In this document: piece after piece, positions 36,154 to 46,311 of the stretch | How positions within the stretch are numbered: position 1 is the first letter of the stretch | Layout of the letters: each line of letters starts with the position of its first letter | Origin: Candidatus Bathyarchaeota archaeon | GTDB taxonomy: Archaea; Thermoproteota; Bathyarchaeia; Bathyarchaeales; Bathycorpusculaceae | Assembly (NCBI GenBank): GCA_963838505.1 | Contig: CAWIRG010000013.1 | Span: 55,679 to 119,678 of the forward strand | DNA length: 64,000 nt | Direction of reading: 5' to 3' | Position numbers and translations under genes: made by a program | Notes under the pieces: generated by a model | Databases searched by the model: none | Seen by the model: the letters and a program-made list of their open reading frames with translations, nothing else | Told to the model about the DNA's origin: nothing

Positions 36154-36576
36154 ATGACCCGTCTAGGAGAGACAGAAAGAAAACTTTTGAACGCCTCTTT
36201 GGAAGCCTTGAAGAACGCGCAGGTCCTTTGGGGATTCCCAGTTGGCGCCGCGGTTCTCGCTGAAGATGGACAGATTTACGAAGGCTGCAACGTGGAGAGC
36301 TGGGTTTCAGGGTTGGGCATATGCGCAGAGAGAAGTGCAATAAACCATGCCGTCTTACATGGAAACCGAAAAATCAAAATGTTGGCGCTGATCCTTGAAG
36401 CCAACTCAAAAAGCAAACCTAGACCATGTGGAGCATGTCTACAATACATCTCTGATTTTTCAGCAAAGCAGGATGTTAAGGTCATAATGGCGAAAGCAAA
36501 GAACAAAAAAACAATGCCTGACACAATTGAAGTGAAAGGGATAAGAGAACTTTTCCCGTTCCCTTACAATAAATGA
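36154..36576 (+). CDS. cdd: cytidine deaminase
   Basis: CAERSAI and PCGACLQ zinc-ligand motifs. Confidence 0.85.
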   Translation: MTRLGETERKLLNASLEALKNAQVLWGFPVGAAVLAEDGQIYEGCNVESWVSGLGICAERSAINHAVLHGNRKIKMLALILEANSKSKPRPCGACLQYISDFSAKQDVKVIMAKAKNKKTMPDTIEVKGIRELFPFPYNK

Positions 36577-37110
36577 CCTTCAAACTTCGTTGTCTTCCCG
36601 TTGCAACAGGTTAAAACCTCGCAACCAAGTATTTGTTTAGTCCCATCCGGCTTCTTCAGAAGGAACCGCTAGAATGCATAACGCGTGCTATTATGCCTTG
36701 AAGGACAAGGTTCCGGTTCACTGTCGTGGCCAAGAGAGCTTTTGGCGCGCTAGGCTGTTGCTAAATCGAATCGTTCGTGTCAATTTCCAAGTAGCGTTTG
36801 GGCATGATGGCGTTTTCTTGGCACTCTTACGTGCTAGGTCATGGTGTTTGTCCAAGCCTTAGAATGGCAGAGCAAGTTTATGTGAATCCCGCGAATTTAG
36901 CAACACGCTGGCGCGCATGTTAATCGGCATGGATTGGCAGGCGACGAACGTTGTACAAGAGATCTGAATGGAGACCAGTACGCGGTGTGCACTGCAGCGC
37001 AGTGCGGGTTCAAACCTTCTGGCAATAGCATAACACTCGTCATCAGCCGACAGTCTAATTGGGGGAGAATATTAAAGAATGGGCAGAGCATATCATAAAG
37101 GCAATTTGAC

Positions 37111-38661
37111 ATGGAGAGGGCTGGGAAGGCTCAAGTGGCTCAAACAACGTTTGAAGAGATCAGTGCAGCTGATTTTTTCTATAGGAATAGAGACATTGCA
37201 GGTTTCACTAATCCTTCCAGAGCTATCTTTGTGGCTGTGAGGGAACTCGTTGAGAACTCTCTGGACGCAGCTGAAAGCCATCAGATCCCTCCCGACATAT
37301 ACGTTCGCCTGTCCTACGAGGGAGAGGCTGGCAAAGACACGCAGATTTACAAGTTAAGAGTTGAAGACAACGGCATAGGGATTCCGCCAAGACACATTCC
37401 ATCCGCTTTTGGACAGATTCTTTTCGGTTCAAAATATAAGTTGAAACAGCAAAGGGGCACTTTCGGCCTCGGCGGAAAAATGGCAATTCTTTATGGCCAA
37501 ATAACGACGCACCAGCCCGCTACCATTATTTCGAGTACAGGAATATCGAAGACGTACCTATATAAGCTCATGATCGATATTCAGAAAAACCGCCCGCTCA
37601 TACTGGACAGAAAAGTCCTCATTAACAGGGAGATGTGGCGTGGCACTGTAGTCGAGTTCACACTTGAAGGTGACTATTTCCGAGCGATGCCAAAAATTCT
37701 GGACTATTTCAAGCAGACGGCCATGGTTAACCCATACGCAAACCTGACCTTCGTCGATCCTAAGGGAAGGCTTTACAAGTTTACCAGAATTACAAAAGAG
37801 ATGCCGCCACCGCCAAAAGAAACTTTGCCTCATCCATACGGCGTGGACGTAGAACTTCTTCAGCGACTCATACAGATTACGCCTTACAAAAGCATGAACG
37901 AATTTTTGAGGTTCCACTTCCACAGGGTTGGAGACATCACAGCTAGAAAGTTCTTGGAGTTCAGTAGCATAAGCCCGTCTAAGAATCCGAAGAAGCTTTC
38001 TCATGAGGAAATCGTCAGGCTCATGCACATGCTCAAAAGGTTCAGAGAGTTTCTTCCGCCCGACGCGAGCTGTTTGTCTCCTCTGGGAGAAGAACTGCTT
38101 AGGGCAGGCATAGAGAAGGAATTGAAACCCGAGTTTGTGGCTGTGCGTCAACGTAGACCCTCGACCTATTCGGGACACCCATTCATTGTTGAAGTAGGCA
38201 TCGCCTACGGCGGCGAGATTCCAAAGAAAGGGGTTTTTCTGGTGTATCGTTTTGCAAACAGAATCCCGTTGCTTTATGACGAGGCCAACGACGTTTCGCT
38301 TAGAGTTATTACGGCAATGAATTGGCGCAGATACAGAGTGATCCCTGACATGCCCGTTGCCATTCTTGTGCACATCTGCAGCACGAAGGTTCCCTATAAG
38401 ACTGTTGGGAAGGAGTTCATCGCGGACAGGCCTGAGGTCAGGAAGGAAATAGCCAATGGACTCCGTGAGGTTGCCCGTCAAATTCAGCATTTCCTGTCAA
38501 GAAGAGAGCATGTTGACAGAGAGCGCAAAAGACTAGATATTTTCAACAAGTACCTTCCGAAAATAGCCCAGTTTTCAACTCAACTGGCCAGGAAAGACAA
38601 GCTGCCTGACATAGAGAAACTGTTGACGAGTGTGCAGAAATATGGGGCCGAAGAAACATAA
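37111..38661 (+). CDS. top6B: DNA topoisomerase VI subunit B
   Basis: GHKL ATPase motifs RELVENSLDA, DNGIGI and GTFGLGG. 516 aa. Confidence 0.95.
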   Translation: MERAGKAQVAQTTFEEISAADFFYRNRDIAGFTNPSRAIFVAVRELVENSLDAAESHQIPPDIYVRLSYEGEAGKDTQIYKLRVEDNGIGIPPRHIPSAFGQILFGSKYKLKQQRGTFGLGGKMAILYGQITTHQPATIISSTGISKTYLYKLMIDIQKNRPLILDRKVLINREMWRGTVVEFTLEGDYFRAMPKILDYFKQTAMVNPYANLTFVDPKGRLYKFTRITKEMPPPPKETLPHPYGVDVELLQRLIQITPYKSMNEFLRFHFHRVGDITARKFLEFSSISPSKNPKKLSHEEIVRLMHMLKRFREFLPPDASCLSPLGEELLRAGIEKELKPEFVAVRQRRPSTYSGHPFIVEVGIAYGGEIPKKGVFLVYRFANRIPLLYDEANDVSLRVITAMNWRRYRVIPDMPVAILVHICSTKVPYKTVGKEFIADRPEVRKEIANGLREVARQIQHFLSRREHVDRERKRLDIFNKYLPKIAQFSTQLARKDKLPDIEKLLTSVQKYGAEET

Positions 38662-39733
38662 GAGTAGTATTTTAGAGAGAAAGAAAGAAATCATAGCAGG
38701 CTTAGAGAATCTTGGGTCCACAATTTACGATCAAATGGACAAGGGTAACTTCCCCTCTCTGGACATGCCAAGCCGTTCAACGGACAACATTACCTATGAT
38801 GAGCAGCTTAGACAATTCATTTTAGGCGACAGAAGAGTCCGAAGAAGTGTAAGAAACATCCGACATTTGAAGCCCTTCACGCAGCTTGTGTGGGCTGCGC
38901 TTTTCTCCAATGAACTGTCTTCACAGCGTAAGACATCAACATTGAGAGATGTCTACTATTCGGCGCAGGCTTATGAAATGACTTTCAAGGATCAACAGGA
39001 GTCCAACAATATCATAACAGATCTAGAAACGATACTAGGTTTTTCGCGGGAAGATTTCAACATTTTTCCAGAGGAACGCTCAGCAGTTTTTGGCGACTTG
39101 ACAATAGAGTACACGGTGCCAGGCTATGAAGGGAAAACTCTCGATTTGACATCACATCCTGATGGTGTACTTATCGGTCCAGCATTGACCTCTTCAGAAT
39201 TCGTGAGAACATCAGCTGACAAGGTCATAGCCATAGAGAAAGGCGGTTTGTTCACTAGGTTCATAGAAGAGAACGTGCACAAGAAACACAATTCGATTCT
39301 TGTGTTGACGGCTGGACAAGCGCCTAGAGCAACAAGGCACTTCATCAGGAGACTAAGTGGAGAACTTAATCTTCCAGTTTATGTTTTCACTGATGGAGAC
39401 CCTTGGGGAATGCACATAGCCATGGTAATAATATCTGGCTCTGCAAATGCTGCCCATTTAAGAGAGCTTAACACTCCTGACGCCAAATGGAGTGGGGTGT
39501 GGGCTACTGACATTGTAAACTACAAGTTACCAACAGACCCACTTGACGAGATGGACATGAAGAGACTCTATGAGCTTCAGAAAGACCCACGGTACAAAGA
39601 CCCACTTTGGCGAAGGGAAATAAAGACCTTCATGAAAATCAAGAGGAAGGCTGAACAGGAGGCTTTCAGCCGATACGGTCTAACTTACATTGTCGACGAG
39701 TATTTGCCTCAAAAACTTGAAGAGACGAAGTAA
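38642..39733 (+). CDS. top6A: DNA topoisomerase VI subunit A (Spo11 family)
   Basis: Catalytic-Tyr region LRDVYYSAQ and Toprim VFTDGDPWGMHI. The ATG at 38642 overlaps the top6B end; a GTG start at 38630 is an alternative. Confidence 0.95.
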   Translation: MGPKKHKSSILERKKEIIAGLENLGSTIYDQMDKGNFPSLDMPSRSTDNITYDEQLRQFILGDRRVRRSVRNIRHLKPFTQLVWAALFSNELSSQRKTSTLRDVYYSAQAYEMTFKDQQESNNIITDLETILGFSREDFNIFPEERSAVFGDLTIEYTVPGYEGKTLDLTSHPDGVLIGPALTSSEFVRTSADKVIAIEKGGLFTRFIEENVHKKHNSILVLTAGQAPRATRHFIRRLSGELNLPVYVFTDGDPWGMHIAMVIISGSANAAHLRELNTPDAKWSGVWATDIVNYKLPTDPLDEMDMKRLYELQKDPRYKDPLWRREIKTFMKIKRKAEQEAFSRYGLTYIVDEYLPQKLEETK

Positions 39734-39799
39734 AAGGAGAAGTCTAAAATAACCCTTTGTCTTTTTAGATAGAACGCATGTTAAAAAGGTCTGAGCGCG

Positions 39800-39997
39800 A
39801 TGAGTGACGAAAGCGGTTTCGGAATGAATGTTGCTGCGAAATTCTTTGGCTTTATTATCCTACTTACGGGTGCCCTTGCTCTTTACTTCACTGTGACTAG
39901 TGCTGACGTTCTTTTGATTTACACAGGGCTTTTCAGTTTTCTAAGCGGCATCTTGATTGTTGTAGGCTTAGTCTTATTGGTTGCCAAAACCGAGTAG
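39800..39997 (+). CDS. hypothetical 2-TM small membrane protein
   Basis: 65 aa with two hydrophobic helices. No family recognised. Confidence 0.4.
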   Translation: MSDESGFGMNVAAKFFGFIILLTGALALYFTVTSADVLLIYTGLFSFLSGILIVVGLVLLVAKTE

Positions 39998-39998
39998 C

Positions 39999-40325
39999 TC
40001 ATTCTCTTTTTTCAACGACGATTTTGCAGTTCGTGGCCAAAGCAGCTATTGCGCCTAAAGCGGCAAGCCAAGGAGCAAGCAGCACTCCGATCACTCCGAC
40101 AGTGGCGGGAATCTCGAGCATTGTTTTCCCTTTCTCGTCTTTCACGATGATTCTTGTCACGTTACCTTCGTGAAGCAGTTGCTTAACCTTTTCAATGAGG
40201 TCATCAGAGGAAACCGTGAACTCCTCTCTTGTCACCTTTGCCGTGGCTGCACCGCAAACCGAGCAAAACCTGTCCTCATCCTTCAGTGCCACTCCGCACT
40301 TCCAACAATAGGGCACGTAAATCAC
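39999..40325 (-). CDS. zinc-ribbon / DUF4342-like membrane-associated protein
   Basis: N-terminal CWKCG...CSVCG ribbon, then EEFTVSSDDLIEKVKQLLHEGNVTRIIVKDEKGKTMLEIPATVGVIGVLLAP, the pattern I associate with DUF4342. Confidence 0.65.
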   Translation of the reverse strand: MIYVPYCWKCGVALKDEDRFCSVCGAATAKVTREEFTVSSDDLIEKVKQLLHEGNVTRIIVKDEKGKTMLEIPATVGVIGVLLAPWLAALGAIAALATNCKIVVEKRE

Positions 40326-40423
40326 TTTCCAAATCAGTATTTATTAGGGTCTATGTTTAATAGATTTCGAATGCTCCAATGAATATGCAAGCTGCTTGAT
40401 CCTTGGAGAATGAGGAAAGACAT

Positions 40424-41272
40424 ATGCCAATCCGTCAACCAATCGTTTGCGTTCTCGGTCACGTTGACAGCGGCAAGACTTCTCTCTTGGACAAAATCCG
40501 CAAGACAAGTGTTCAAGCTAGGGAGTTTGGTGGTATCACGCAGCACATAGGTGCCAGCTTTTTTCCAGTTGAAACGCTTAGTCAGCTTGTTGGCTCCGCG
40601 CTTTCAAGAGTAAAGGCAGAAATAGAGATCCCTGGTTTACTTATCATCGACACGCCTGGGCATGAGGCTTTCACTAATCTTCGCAGAAGAGGCGGCAGCG
40701 TGGCGGACATCGCGATTCTTGTAATGAATGTTCTGCGAGGTTTTGAAGCCCAGACATATGAGTGTGTAGAGATTTTGAAGGCCAGAAAAACCCCCTTCCT
40801 AGTCGCGGCTAACATGATAGACCGCGTGCCAGGCTGGAATTCCTACACAGATACGCCGTTTTCGAAGGCGTACCAGCAGCAGGATCCATACGTTCGGGAG
40901 GGTCTGGACAACAAGATATACGATGTTATGGGCGCTTTCTCACGTCTAGGTTTCAAGACGGATCGGTTCGACCACATAAAAGACTTCAAATCAACGATTG
41001 CAATTGTGCCCACCAGCGCAAAGACAGGGGAAGGCATCACTGAACTGATAACGGTTCTCATAGGATTGACGCAGCAGCATTTGAAGACGCGTCTGCAAAC
41101 GACGGAAGGTCCGGCCAAGGGTACAGTACTTGAGGTCAAAGAAGAACCTGGACTTGGCCTGACGCTCAACACCCTAATATATGATGGAACCCTGCAGAAA
41201 AGACGATGTAGTTGTAGTCGGAGGCAAGGATCAACCAATCGTGACACGTATCAGGGCGATTCTTGTTCCTAA
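40424..41272 (+). CDS. infB: translation initiation factor aIF5B (IF2-type GTPase), N-terminal fragment
   Basis: G1 GHVDSGKTSLLD, G3 DTPGHEAF and the G4-like ANMIDR. The frame is lost at the A-run near 41198-41201. Confidence 0.9.
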   Translation: MPIRQPIVCVLGHVDSGKTSLLDKIRKTSVQAREFGGITQHIGASFFPVETLSQLVGSALSRVKAEIEIPGLLIIDTPGHEAFTNLRRRGGSVADIAILVMNVLRGFEAQTYECVEILKARKTPFLVAANMIDRVPGWNSYTDTPFSKAYQQQDPYVREGLDNKIYDVMGAFSRLGFKTDRFDHIKDFKSTIAIVPTSAKTGEGITELITVLIGLTQQHLKTRLQTTEGPAKGTVLEVKEEPGLGLTLNTLIYDGTLQKRRCSCSRRQGSTNRDTYQGDSCS

Positions 41273-42203
41273 ACCCTTGGACGAAATAAGAGACCCAAGG
41301 GACAAGTTCTCTTCAGTCAATTCCGCTTCAGCCGCTGCGGGCATCAAGATCGTTGCCCCCAATTTAGAAGGGGTGCTGGCAGGAGCACCAATTTACGTCG
41401 TCCCTCCGGATCAAAAACCTGAAAAGTACGTGAAGCTCATTGTCGATGAAATCAAGAAGATAAGAATTGCCACTGATGTCGACGGTATCGTGTTGAAAAC
41501 CGATACGCTGGGCTCGCTTGAAGCCATTGCGGAAATATTGAAACAGAACAACATTCCCATTAGGCTGGCTGATGTAGGAGACATTTCAAAACGTGATGTC
41601 GTCGAGGCGTCAGTCGTGAAGGAACATGAGCCCTTGTACGGCGCGGTGTTGGCCTTCAACGTCAGAATATTGCCTGATGCCGAAAAAGAAGCGGGAGACA
41701 GAGGAGTTCAAGTCTTCCGTGAGAAAATAATCTATCATGTCATAGAGAATTATCTAGCTTGGTTCAAAGGGAAGCGAGAAGCTGAGCTTGATCAGGATTT
41801 TGGGACTCTTGTCAAACCAGCCAAACTTCGGGTGATGGAAGGATACGTCTTTCGGAGGGCGAGGCCGGCGATTTTCGGTGTTGAAATCCTGTCAGGTAGC
41901 GTTAAACCCAAGATCGCGCTGGTTAGGCAGAATGGTGAAGAAGTAGGTGAGATCCAGCAGGTTCAGGACAAAGGAGAGTCGTTGCCAACTGCTGAGAAGG
42001 GGATGCAGGTGGCGATTTCCATGGATAAACCGGTGTTTGGAAGACACATATTCGAAAAAGACGTGTTGTACGTGAAGGTTCCCGAGAAGCAAGTGAAAAC
42101 TCTGATGACAAAGTTCGCTGAAAGATTGACAGAAGAAGAACAACAAGCGTTGAACGAGTATGTGGAAGTAATGAGGAAGAAAGTGCCGTTTTGGGGAGCA
42201 TAG
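41181..42203 (+). CDS. infB: translation initiation factor aIF5B, C-terminal fragment
   Basis: KDDVVVVGGKDQPIVTRIRAIL... continues aIF5B domains II-IV in the +1 frame. The two fragments together give about 590 aa, the normal aIF5B size. Confidence 0.9.
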   Translation: MMEPCRKDDVVVVGGKDQPIVTRIRAILVPKPLDEIRDPRDKFSSVNSASAAAGIKIVAPNLEGVLAGAPIYVVPPDQKPEKYVKLIVDEIKKIRIATDVDGIVLKTDTLGSLEAIAEILKQNNIPIRLADVGDISKRDVVEASVVKEHEPLYGAVLAFNVRILPDAEKEAGDRGVQVFREKIIYHVIENYLAWFKGKREAELDQDFGTLVKPAKLRVMEGYVFRRARPAIFGVEILSGSVKPKIALVRQNGEEVGEIQQVQDKGESLPTAEKGMQVAISMDKPVFGRHIFEKDVLYVKVPEKQVKTLMTKFAERLTEEEQQALNEYVEVMRKKVPFWGA

Positions 42204-42219
42204 AAGCCTGTCTCCCAGT

Positions 42220-43206
42220 TCACAGGGGAAGCATTCTTCCAATATTCGTCTTCTTTGCTTTCTCATATACGTGAATTGCAGTCGCAATGTCTTCTATGGC
42301 TAGGCCGAGGTTCATAGCCATTATTCTTTCCTCAGGGCTTTCTCGACCAGGTTTAACCCCAGACACAATCTCACTCAACTCTGCATAAACCTCTGGCACA
42401 TCAGCAAAGTAGCCCTGAGCCTTGTAGTATGCCAGTTGATTTTGATCGTCGGTGCAGAACTTGTGCATCGAATGCATGGCTTCAGGTTTCCAGTAGGAAT
42501 CAAAATCGACCGGACACCCAAGACCGCCGTCTTTGAACCATGTCTTGTCGATAACGGGATGAGGGTGTTTCAAGATTGGACCACTGGTGACCACTATGTC
42601 ACAACCTTCTATGGCTTTCCTAGGAGATTCAACCGGTTTCACGTCTATTCCGTTTAGAGCAGCCATCTCTTTCACGTAGTCTTTCAGATTTCTCCCGTTT
42701 ATATCATATGCCTTGACGTGTTCCAGACTCGTGCATACAATCAGTAAAGCCTCAAGATTGCTTCTACCCTGAACACCACAGCCCAGAACACCTAGGACAC
42801 TCGAGTCTTCGCGGGCCAAACGCCTAGCTGCGACCGCGGTAGCTGCACCTGTTCGCTTAGCAGTGATCCATGTGCAATCCATGATGCAAATTGGAAAGCC
42901 AGTTTCAGGATCATTCAAAACTAGCAGGCCCGAAATGTAGGGCAGACCTCTCTTTGGGTTCTCTGGAAAACCTGCCACCCATTTGACGCCTGCGGCCTTC
43001 AATGTTTGAAGATATGCTGGCATTGCATGTATGAAGGCGTCCTTCTTGGGGTGTATTCCGGGCTTTGGAGGCACTTCAGTTTTTCCACAAGCTTTTTCAA
43101 GAAAGGCTTCCTCCACGATTTGAATTATCTCTCTCATGGGAATTCTTAGTTTCTCGACATCAGCCCTAGAGAGGTAAAGCACTTCTTCACTTGAACTCAT
43201 GGTCAA
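42220..43206 (-). CDS. ornithine cyclodeaminase / mu-crystallin family oxidoreductase (archaeal alanine dehydrogenase-like)
   Basis: Rossmann GVLGCGVQG. The N-terminal LSRADVEKL...M and overall length are typical of the OCD/mu-crystallin family. Confidence 0.8.
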   Translation of the reverse strand: MTMSSSEEVLYLSRADVEKLRIPMREIIQIVEEAFLEKACGKTEVPPKPGIHPKKDAFIHAMPAYLQTLKAAGVKWVAGFPENPKRGLPYISGLLVLNDPETGFPICIMDCTWITAKRTGAATAVAARRLAREDSSVLGVLGCGVQGRSNLEALLIVCTSLEHVKAYDINGRNLKDYVKEMAALNGIDVKPVESPRKAIEGCDIVVTSGPILKHPHPVIDKTWFKDGGLGCPVDFDSYWKPEAMHSMHKFCTDDQNQLAYYKAQGYFADVPEVYAELSEIVSGVKPGRESPEERIMAMNLGLAIEDIATAIHVYEKAKKTNIGRMLPL

Positions 43207-43254
43207 TACGGAAGCTACGGGTCATTGAAAAATGTGTCGGGAAAACAACTGCTC

Positions 43255-43548
43255 TTAGCCGCCGCTGACAGGTGGTATTATGACTAAGACATCGCCGTCT
43301 GAGAGTTTCGTGTTTAGCCCTTTAAAGTGCGACATGTTTCTGCCGCTCACTAAAAACTGCAAGAAGCCTCGAACTTCGCCGGTCTTGTGATCATAAACGT
43401 ATTCAGCGAAACCTTTTCCATGGAGTTGAGCTAGATGTTTGAGTACAGTTTGAACTGTCACGGGTTCATTCTCTGAAAACTCTATGACCTCCTCCTTCTT
43501 GCCGGCCACTTCTCTCAGCGTTGTGAATAACCGTACCGAAACACGCAT
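43255..43548 (-). CDS. MoaD/ThiS-family ubiquitin-like protein ending in Gly-Gly (SAMP-like)
   Basis: ATG at 43548 gives 97 aa: MRVSVRLFTTLREVAG...DGDVLVIIPPVSGG-stop. Confidence 0.75.
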   Translation of the reverse strand: MRVSVRLFTTLREVAGKKEEVIEFSENEPVTVQTVLKHLAQLHGKGFAEYVYDHKTGEVRGFLQFLVSGRNMSHFKGLNTKLSDGDVLVIIPPVSGG

Positions 43549-43726
43549 GCCGCAATCCGCCAAAACTGAAGGATGCAAACTGAAATTTAAAGTGTTTTTC
43601 CGAGAAAGTATATTTCATTCTTGACAGTGAAAGAACGGATGCGTTAGCTGGGAATAGCAGGACGCATGCGTCTAAGGACTCTCTTCAAGCGCACGAAAAT
43701 ACGTGTGACAAAGGGCGGGCTGAGGT

Positions 43727-43740
43727 AAAGATTTATATTT
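43727..43740 (+). promoter_or_regulatory. candidate BRE/TATA box of the thermosome gene
   Basis: aaagATTTATATTT about 58 nt upstream of the ATG. GGAGG at 43787-43791. Confidence 0.5.
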
Positions 43741-43797
43741 GTGGGCTTTTTTTCTTGTCCGGATTGGTAAGATTTTAGGTTTGAATGGAGGATTCGT

Positions 43798-45447
43798 ATG
43801 GCCTATTTAACAACGACAGCATCAGGGCAACCAGTTTTAGTTCTGAAAGAAGGTACGACAAGGAACAGGGGAAGAGAAGCTCAAAGGAACAACATAATGG
43901 CGGCGAAAGTCATCGGTGAAGTGCTCCGAAGCACTTTGGGACCTCGAGGCATGGACAAGATGTTAGTAGACAGCCTAGGAGACATAACGATAACAAACGA
44001 TGGAGCAGCGATACTGAACGAAATAGAGGTTGAACATCCAGCAGCAAAAATGATGGTGGAAATCGCGAAGACGCAAGATGATATGGTTGGTGATGGGACT
44101 ACCACTGCAGTAGTATTAGCGGGCGAGCTTCTGAAGAGAGCGGAAGAGCTTCTGGATCAGAACATTCATCCAACGATAATCGTGAGCGGCTACCGAAAGG
44201 CAGCACAGAAGGCGATGGAAACGATGAACAAAATCGCTATGCTAGTGGACATTGATGATCGTGCTACGCTGAAGAAAGTCGCTGTGACATCCATGGCAAG
44301 CAAGGCTGTTGGTCCAGCAAAGGAACACTTTGCCGACATTGCTATTGACTCTGTGAGAAAAGTTGCAGAAAAGCGCGGAGACAAGTGGGTTGCAGATATA
44401 GACAACATTCAAGTGATCAAAAAGACAGGGAAGAGCCTTCTTGAATCTCAGCTAGTGGAAGGTCTGGTGATTGACAAAGAAGTTGTCCATTCAGGAATGC
44501 CGAAAAAAGTTGAAAAAGCCAAAATAGCCTTACTGGACAGTGCTTTGGAAATCGAAAAGACAGAGATAAGCGCGGAGATAAGAATACGCGATCCAAATCA
44601 GATGAAAGCCTTCATGGACCAAGAAAACAAGATGCTGCAAGGCATGGCTGACAAAGTCAAGGCTTCAGGTGCCAACGTTGTTTTCTGCCAGAAAGGCATC
44701 GATGACATGGCTCAGCACTTCTTGGCTAAAGAAGGAATACTTGCGGCCAGAAGAGTAAAGCAGTCGGACATGGAGAAGCTGGCAAGGGCAACGGGCGGAA
44801 GGATAGTTTCCAACCTTACTGATCTGAGAGCTCAAGACCTGGGCAGTGCAGGGCTGGTGGAAGAGCGGAAGCTGGGCGAAGACAAGATGATATTCGTTGA
44901 GAAATGCAAAGACCCTCGTTCGGTTGCTATTATCATAAGAGCAGGTCTAGAAAGGATGGTCGATGAAGCGGAAAGAGCGATGACCGACGCTTTGTCAGTG
45001 GTTTCAGATGTCATTGAACACAACAAGATAGTCGCGGGAGGCGGAGCAGTAGAAGTGGAAGTTGCCAAGGAGCTGCGAAACTACGCAACTGACGTTGGAG
45101 GAAGAGAGCAACTTGCGATAGAAACCTTTGCTGACGCAATCGAAATAATACCCAAGACCTTGGCTGAAAACGCAGGGTTAGAACCTATAGATATACTTGT
45201 AGAACTCAGAGCAGCCCATGGAAAACCGGATGGACAGTACAAGGGAGTGAACCTCTTCACGGGAAAAGTGGAGAACATGAAGGACAAGGTTGTCGAGCCC
45301 TTGATTGTCAAAGAGCAGGCAATAAAATCAGCTACAGAATCATCGACGATGATAATTCGCATAGATGACGTCATAGCTTCCACAAAGCCGAGAGAAGGAC
45401 CCGGAGGCGGAAAACCGCCGGGTGGAATGCCTGAAAGCGAAGACTAA
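43798..45447 (+). CDS. ths: thermosome subunit (group II chaperonin)
   Basis: [35 protein letters not shown] and VAGGGAVE. Confidence 0.97.
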   Translation: MAYLTTTASGQPVLVLKEGTTRNRGREAQRNNIMAAKVIGEVLRSTLGPRGMDKMLVDSLGDITITNDGAAILNEIEVEHPAAKMMVEIAKTQDDMVGDGTTTAVVLAGELLKRAEELLDQNIHPTIIVSGYRKAAQKAMETMNKIAMLVDIDDRATLKKVAVTSMASKAVGPAKEHFADIAIDSVRKVAEKRGDKWVADIDNIQVIKKTGKSLLESQLVEGLVIDKEVVHSGMPKKVEKAKIALLDSALEIEKTEISAEIRIRDPNQMKAFMDQENKMLQGMADKVKASGANVVFCQKGIDDMAQHFLAKEGILAARRVKQSDMEKLARATGGRIVSNLTDLRAQDLGSAGLVEERKLGEDKMIFVEKCKDPRSVAIIIRAGLERMVDEAERAMTDALSVVSDVIEHNKIVAGGGAVEVEVAKELRNYATDVGGREQLAIETFADAIEIIPKTLAENAGLEPIDILVELRAAHGKPDGQYKGVNLFTGKVENMKDKVVEPLIVKEQAIKSATESSTMIIRIDDVIASTKPREGPGGGKPPGGMPESED

Positions 45448-45460
45448 GCAATCCCCACTG

Positions 45461-45490
45461 GTTTTTTTCTTATTTACCATTTTTTTCTTG
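45461..45490 (+). terminator. oligo-T tracts downstream of the thermosome gene
   Basis: Two T7 runs (ggTTTTTTTc and caTTTTTTTc) within 45 nt of the stop codon. Archaeal termination typically uses oligo-T. Confidence 0.4.
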
Positions 45491-45591
45491 TTAAGAAAGG
45501 TAGAAAAGTGCTGCAGATGGGCACTCTTTTCTTGTTGCACTCAGCTACGCCGTGCTAGTGTCAACGCCTATTGATGAAGACAGGCACTCGT

Positions 45592-46311
45592 CTACTCAAT
45601 CAGTTTTAAGAAGTCTTCTACGAGGTAGTTTATGAACTCTTGCGTCGTGCTCTTGCTGAAAAGCGTTACGACGCAGTTTCTTGTTATGCCGACCATGATT
45701 CCGCGTTTTTTGGTTTCGAAGACGACGTACCAGATCTTTCCATGTTCAATGTAGTCATGGTAAAGTTTTGTGTCAACGATGTCTGATCCTGCTAGGCACA
45801 GTTTCTCGACTCCTGGGATGTCGACTTCGTCGAACCATATTAGCTTCGTTGCTTGCGGGTTTGACTCATGCAGCTCCCTTAGAGTTTCATGAGGCATCCT
45901 GACTTCTAGAATTGACTGCGAGTTGATGAAAAGAACTTTGCTGAGTTTGTTGGCTACATAGTTTGTGAGCAGCTTCTTGACGCCTCGCGCCACGGATGGC
46001 GCCTCCGCAACAAGGAAGGTTCTTTTCTTTGAAGACACTATCCAAAAAGGGGCTTCCTCTGTGACGGGGGTTTCAACCAGATTTCTTTTATAAAAACGTC
46101 TTCGCATAAAATCCTTGCTTAAGACTCCTTCCACCAGGCCTTCCTTTGACTTCAAGTCCAGAATCTCCGTCGTCAGACTAAGGGTTTCACCAGCTTCAGT
46201 CTTGCAGGTTTCCTCTTCCTTGAAGTCCTTGAGTTTCCAAAGCATGACTCCCGGATCTACTTTTTCTTTGATCTCAAACACCTTAGCTGCGAGGACCAAT
46301 CCGTTCACCAC
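45592..46311 (-). CDS. hypothetical protein, no recognisable family
   Basis: 239-aa ORF with a plausible soluble composition. I recognise no motif. Confidence 0.5.
   Translation of the reverse strand: MVNGLVLAAKVFEIKEKVDPGVMLWKLKDFKEEETCKTEAGETLSLTTEILDLKSKEGLVEGVLSKDFMRRRFYKRNLVETPVTEEAPFWIVSSKKRTFLVAEAPSVARGVKKLLTNYVANKLSKVLFINSQSILEVRMPHETLRELHESNPQATKLIWFDEVDIPGVEKLCLAGSDIVDTKLYHDYIEHGKIWYVVFETKKRGIMVGITRNCVVTLFSKSTTQEFINYLVEDFLKLIE

Noticed and set aside
37558-38490. Long antisense ORFs (37558..38490, 310 aa; 51530..52180, 216 aa; 59215..59856, 213 aa; 11343..11993, 216 aa; 9085..9543; 10507..10959; and many shorter ones)
   Set aside because: Each lies opposite a gene with unmistakable family motifs (top6B, rps9/rpoN/eno, gltX, the CBS and UbiD proteins, hutU, sua5) and has an odd composition. 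They are shadow ORFs.
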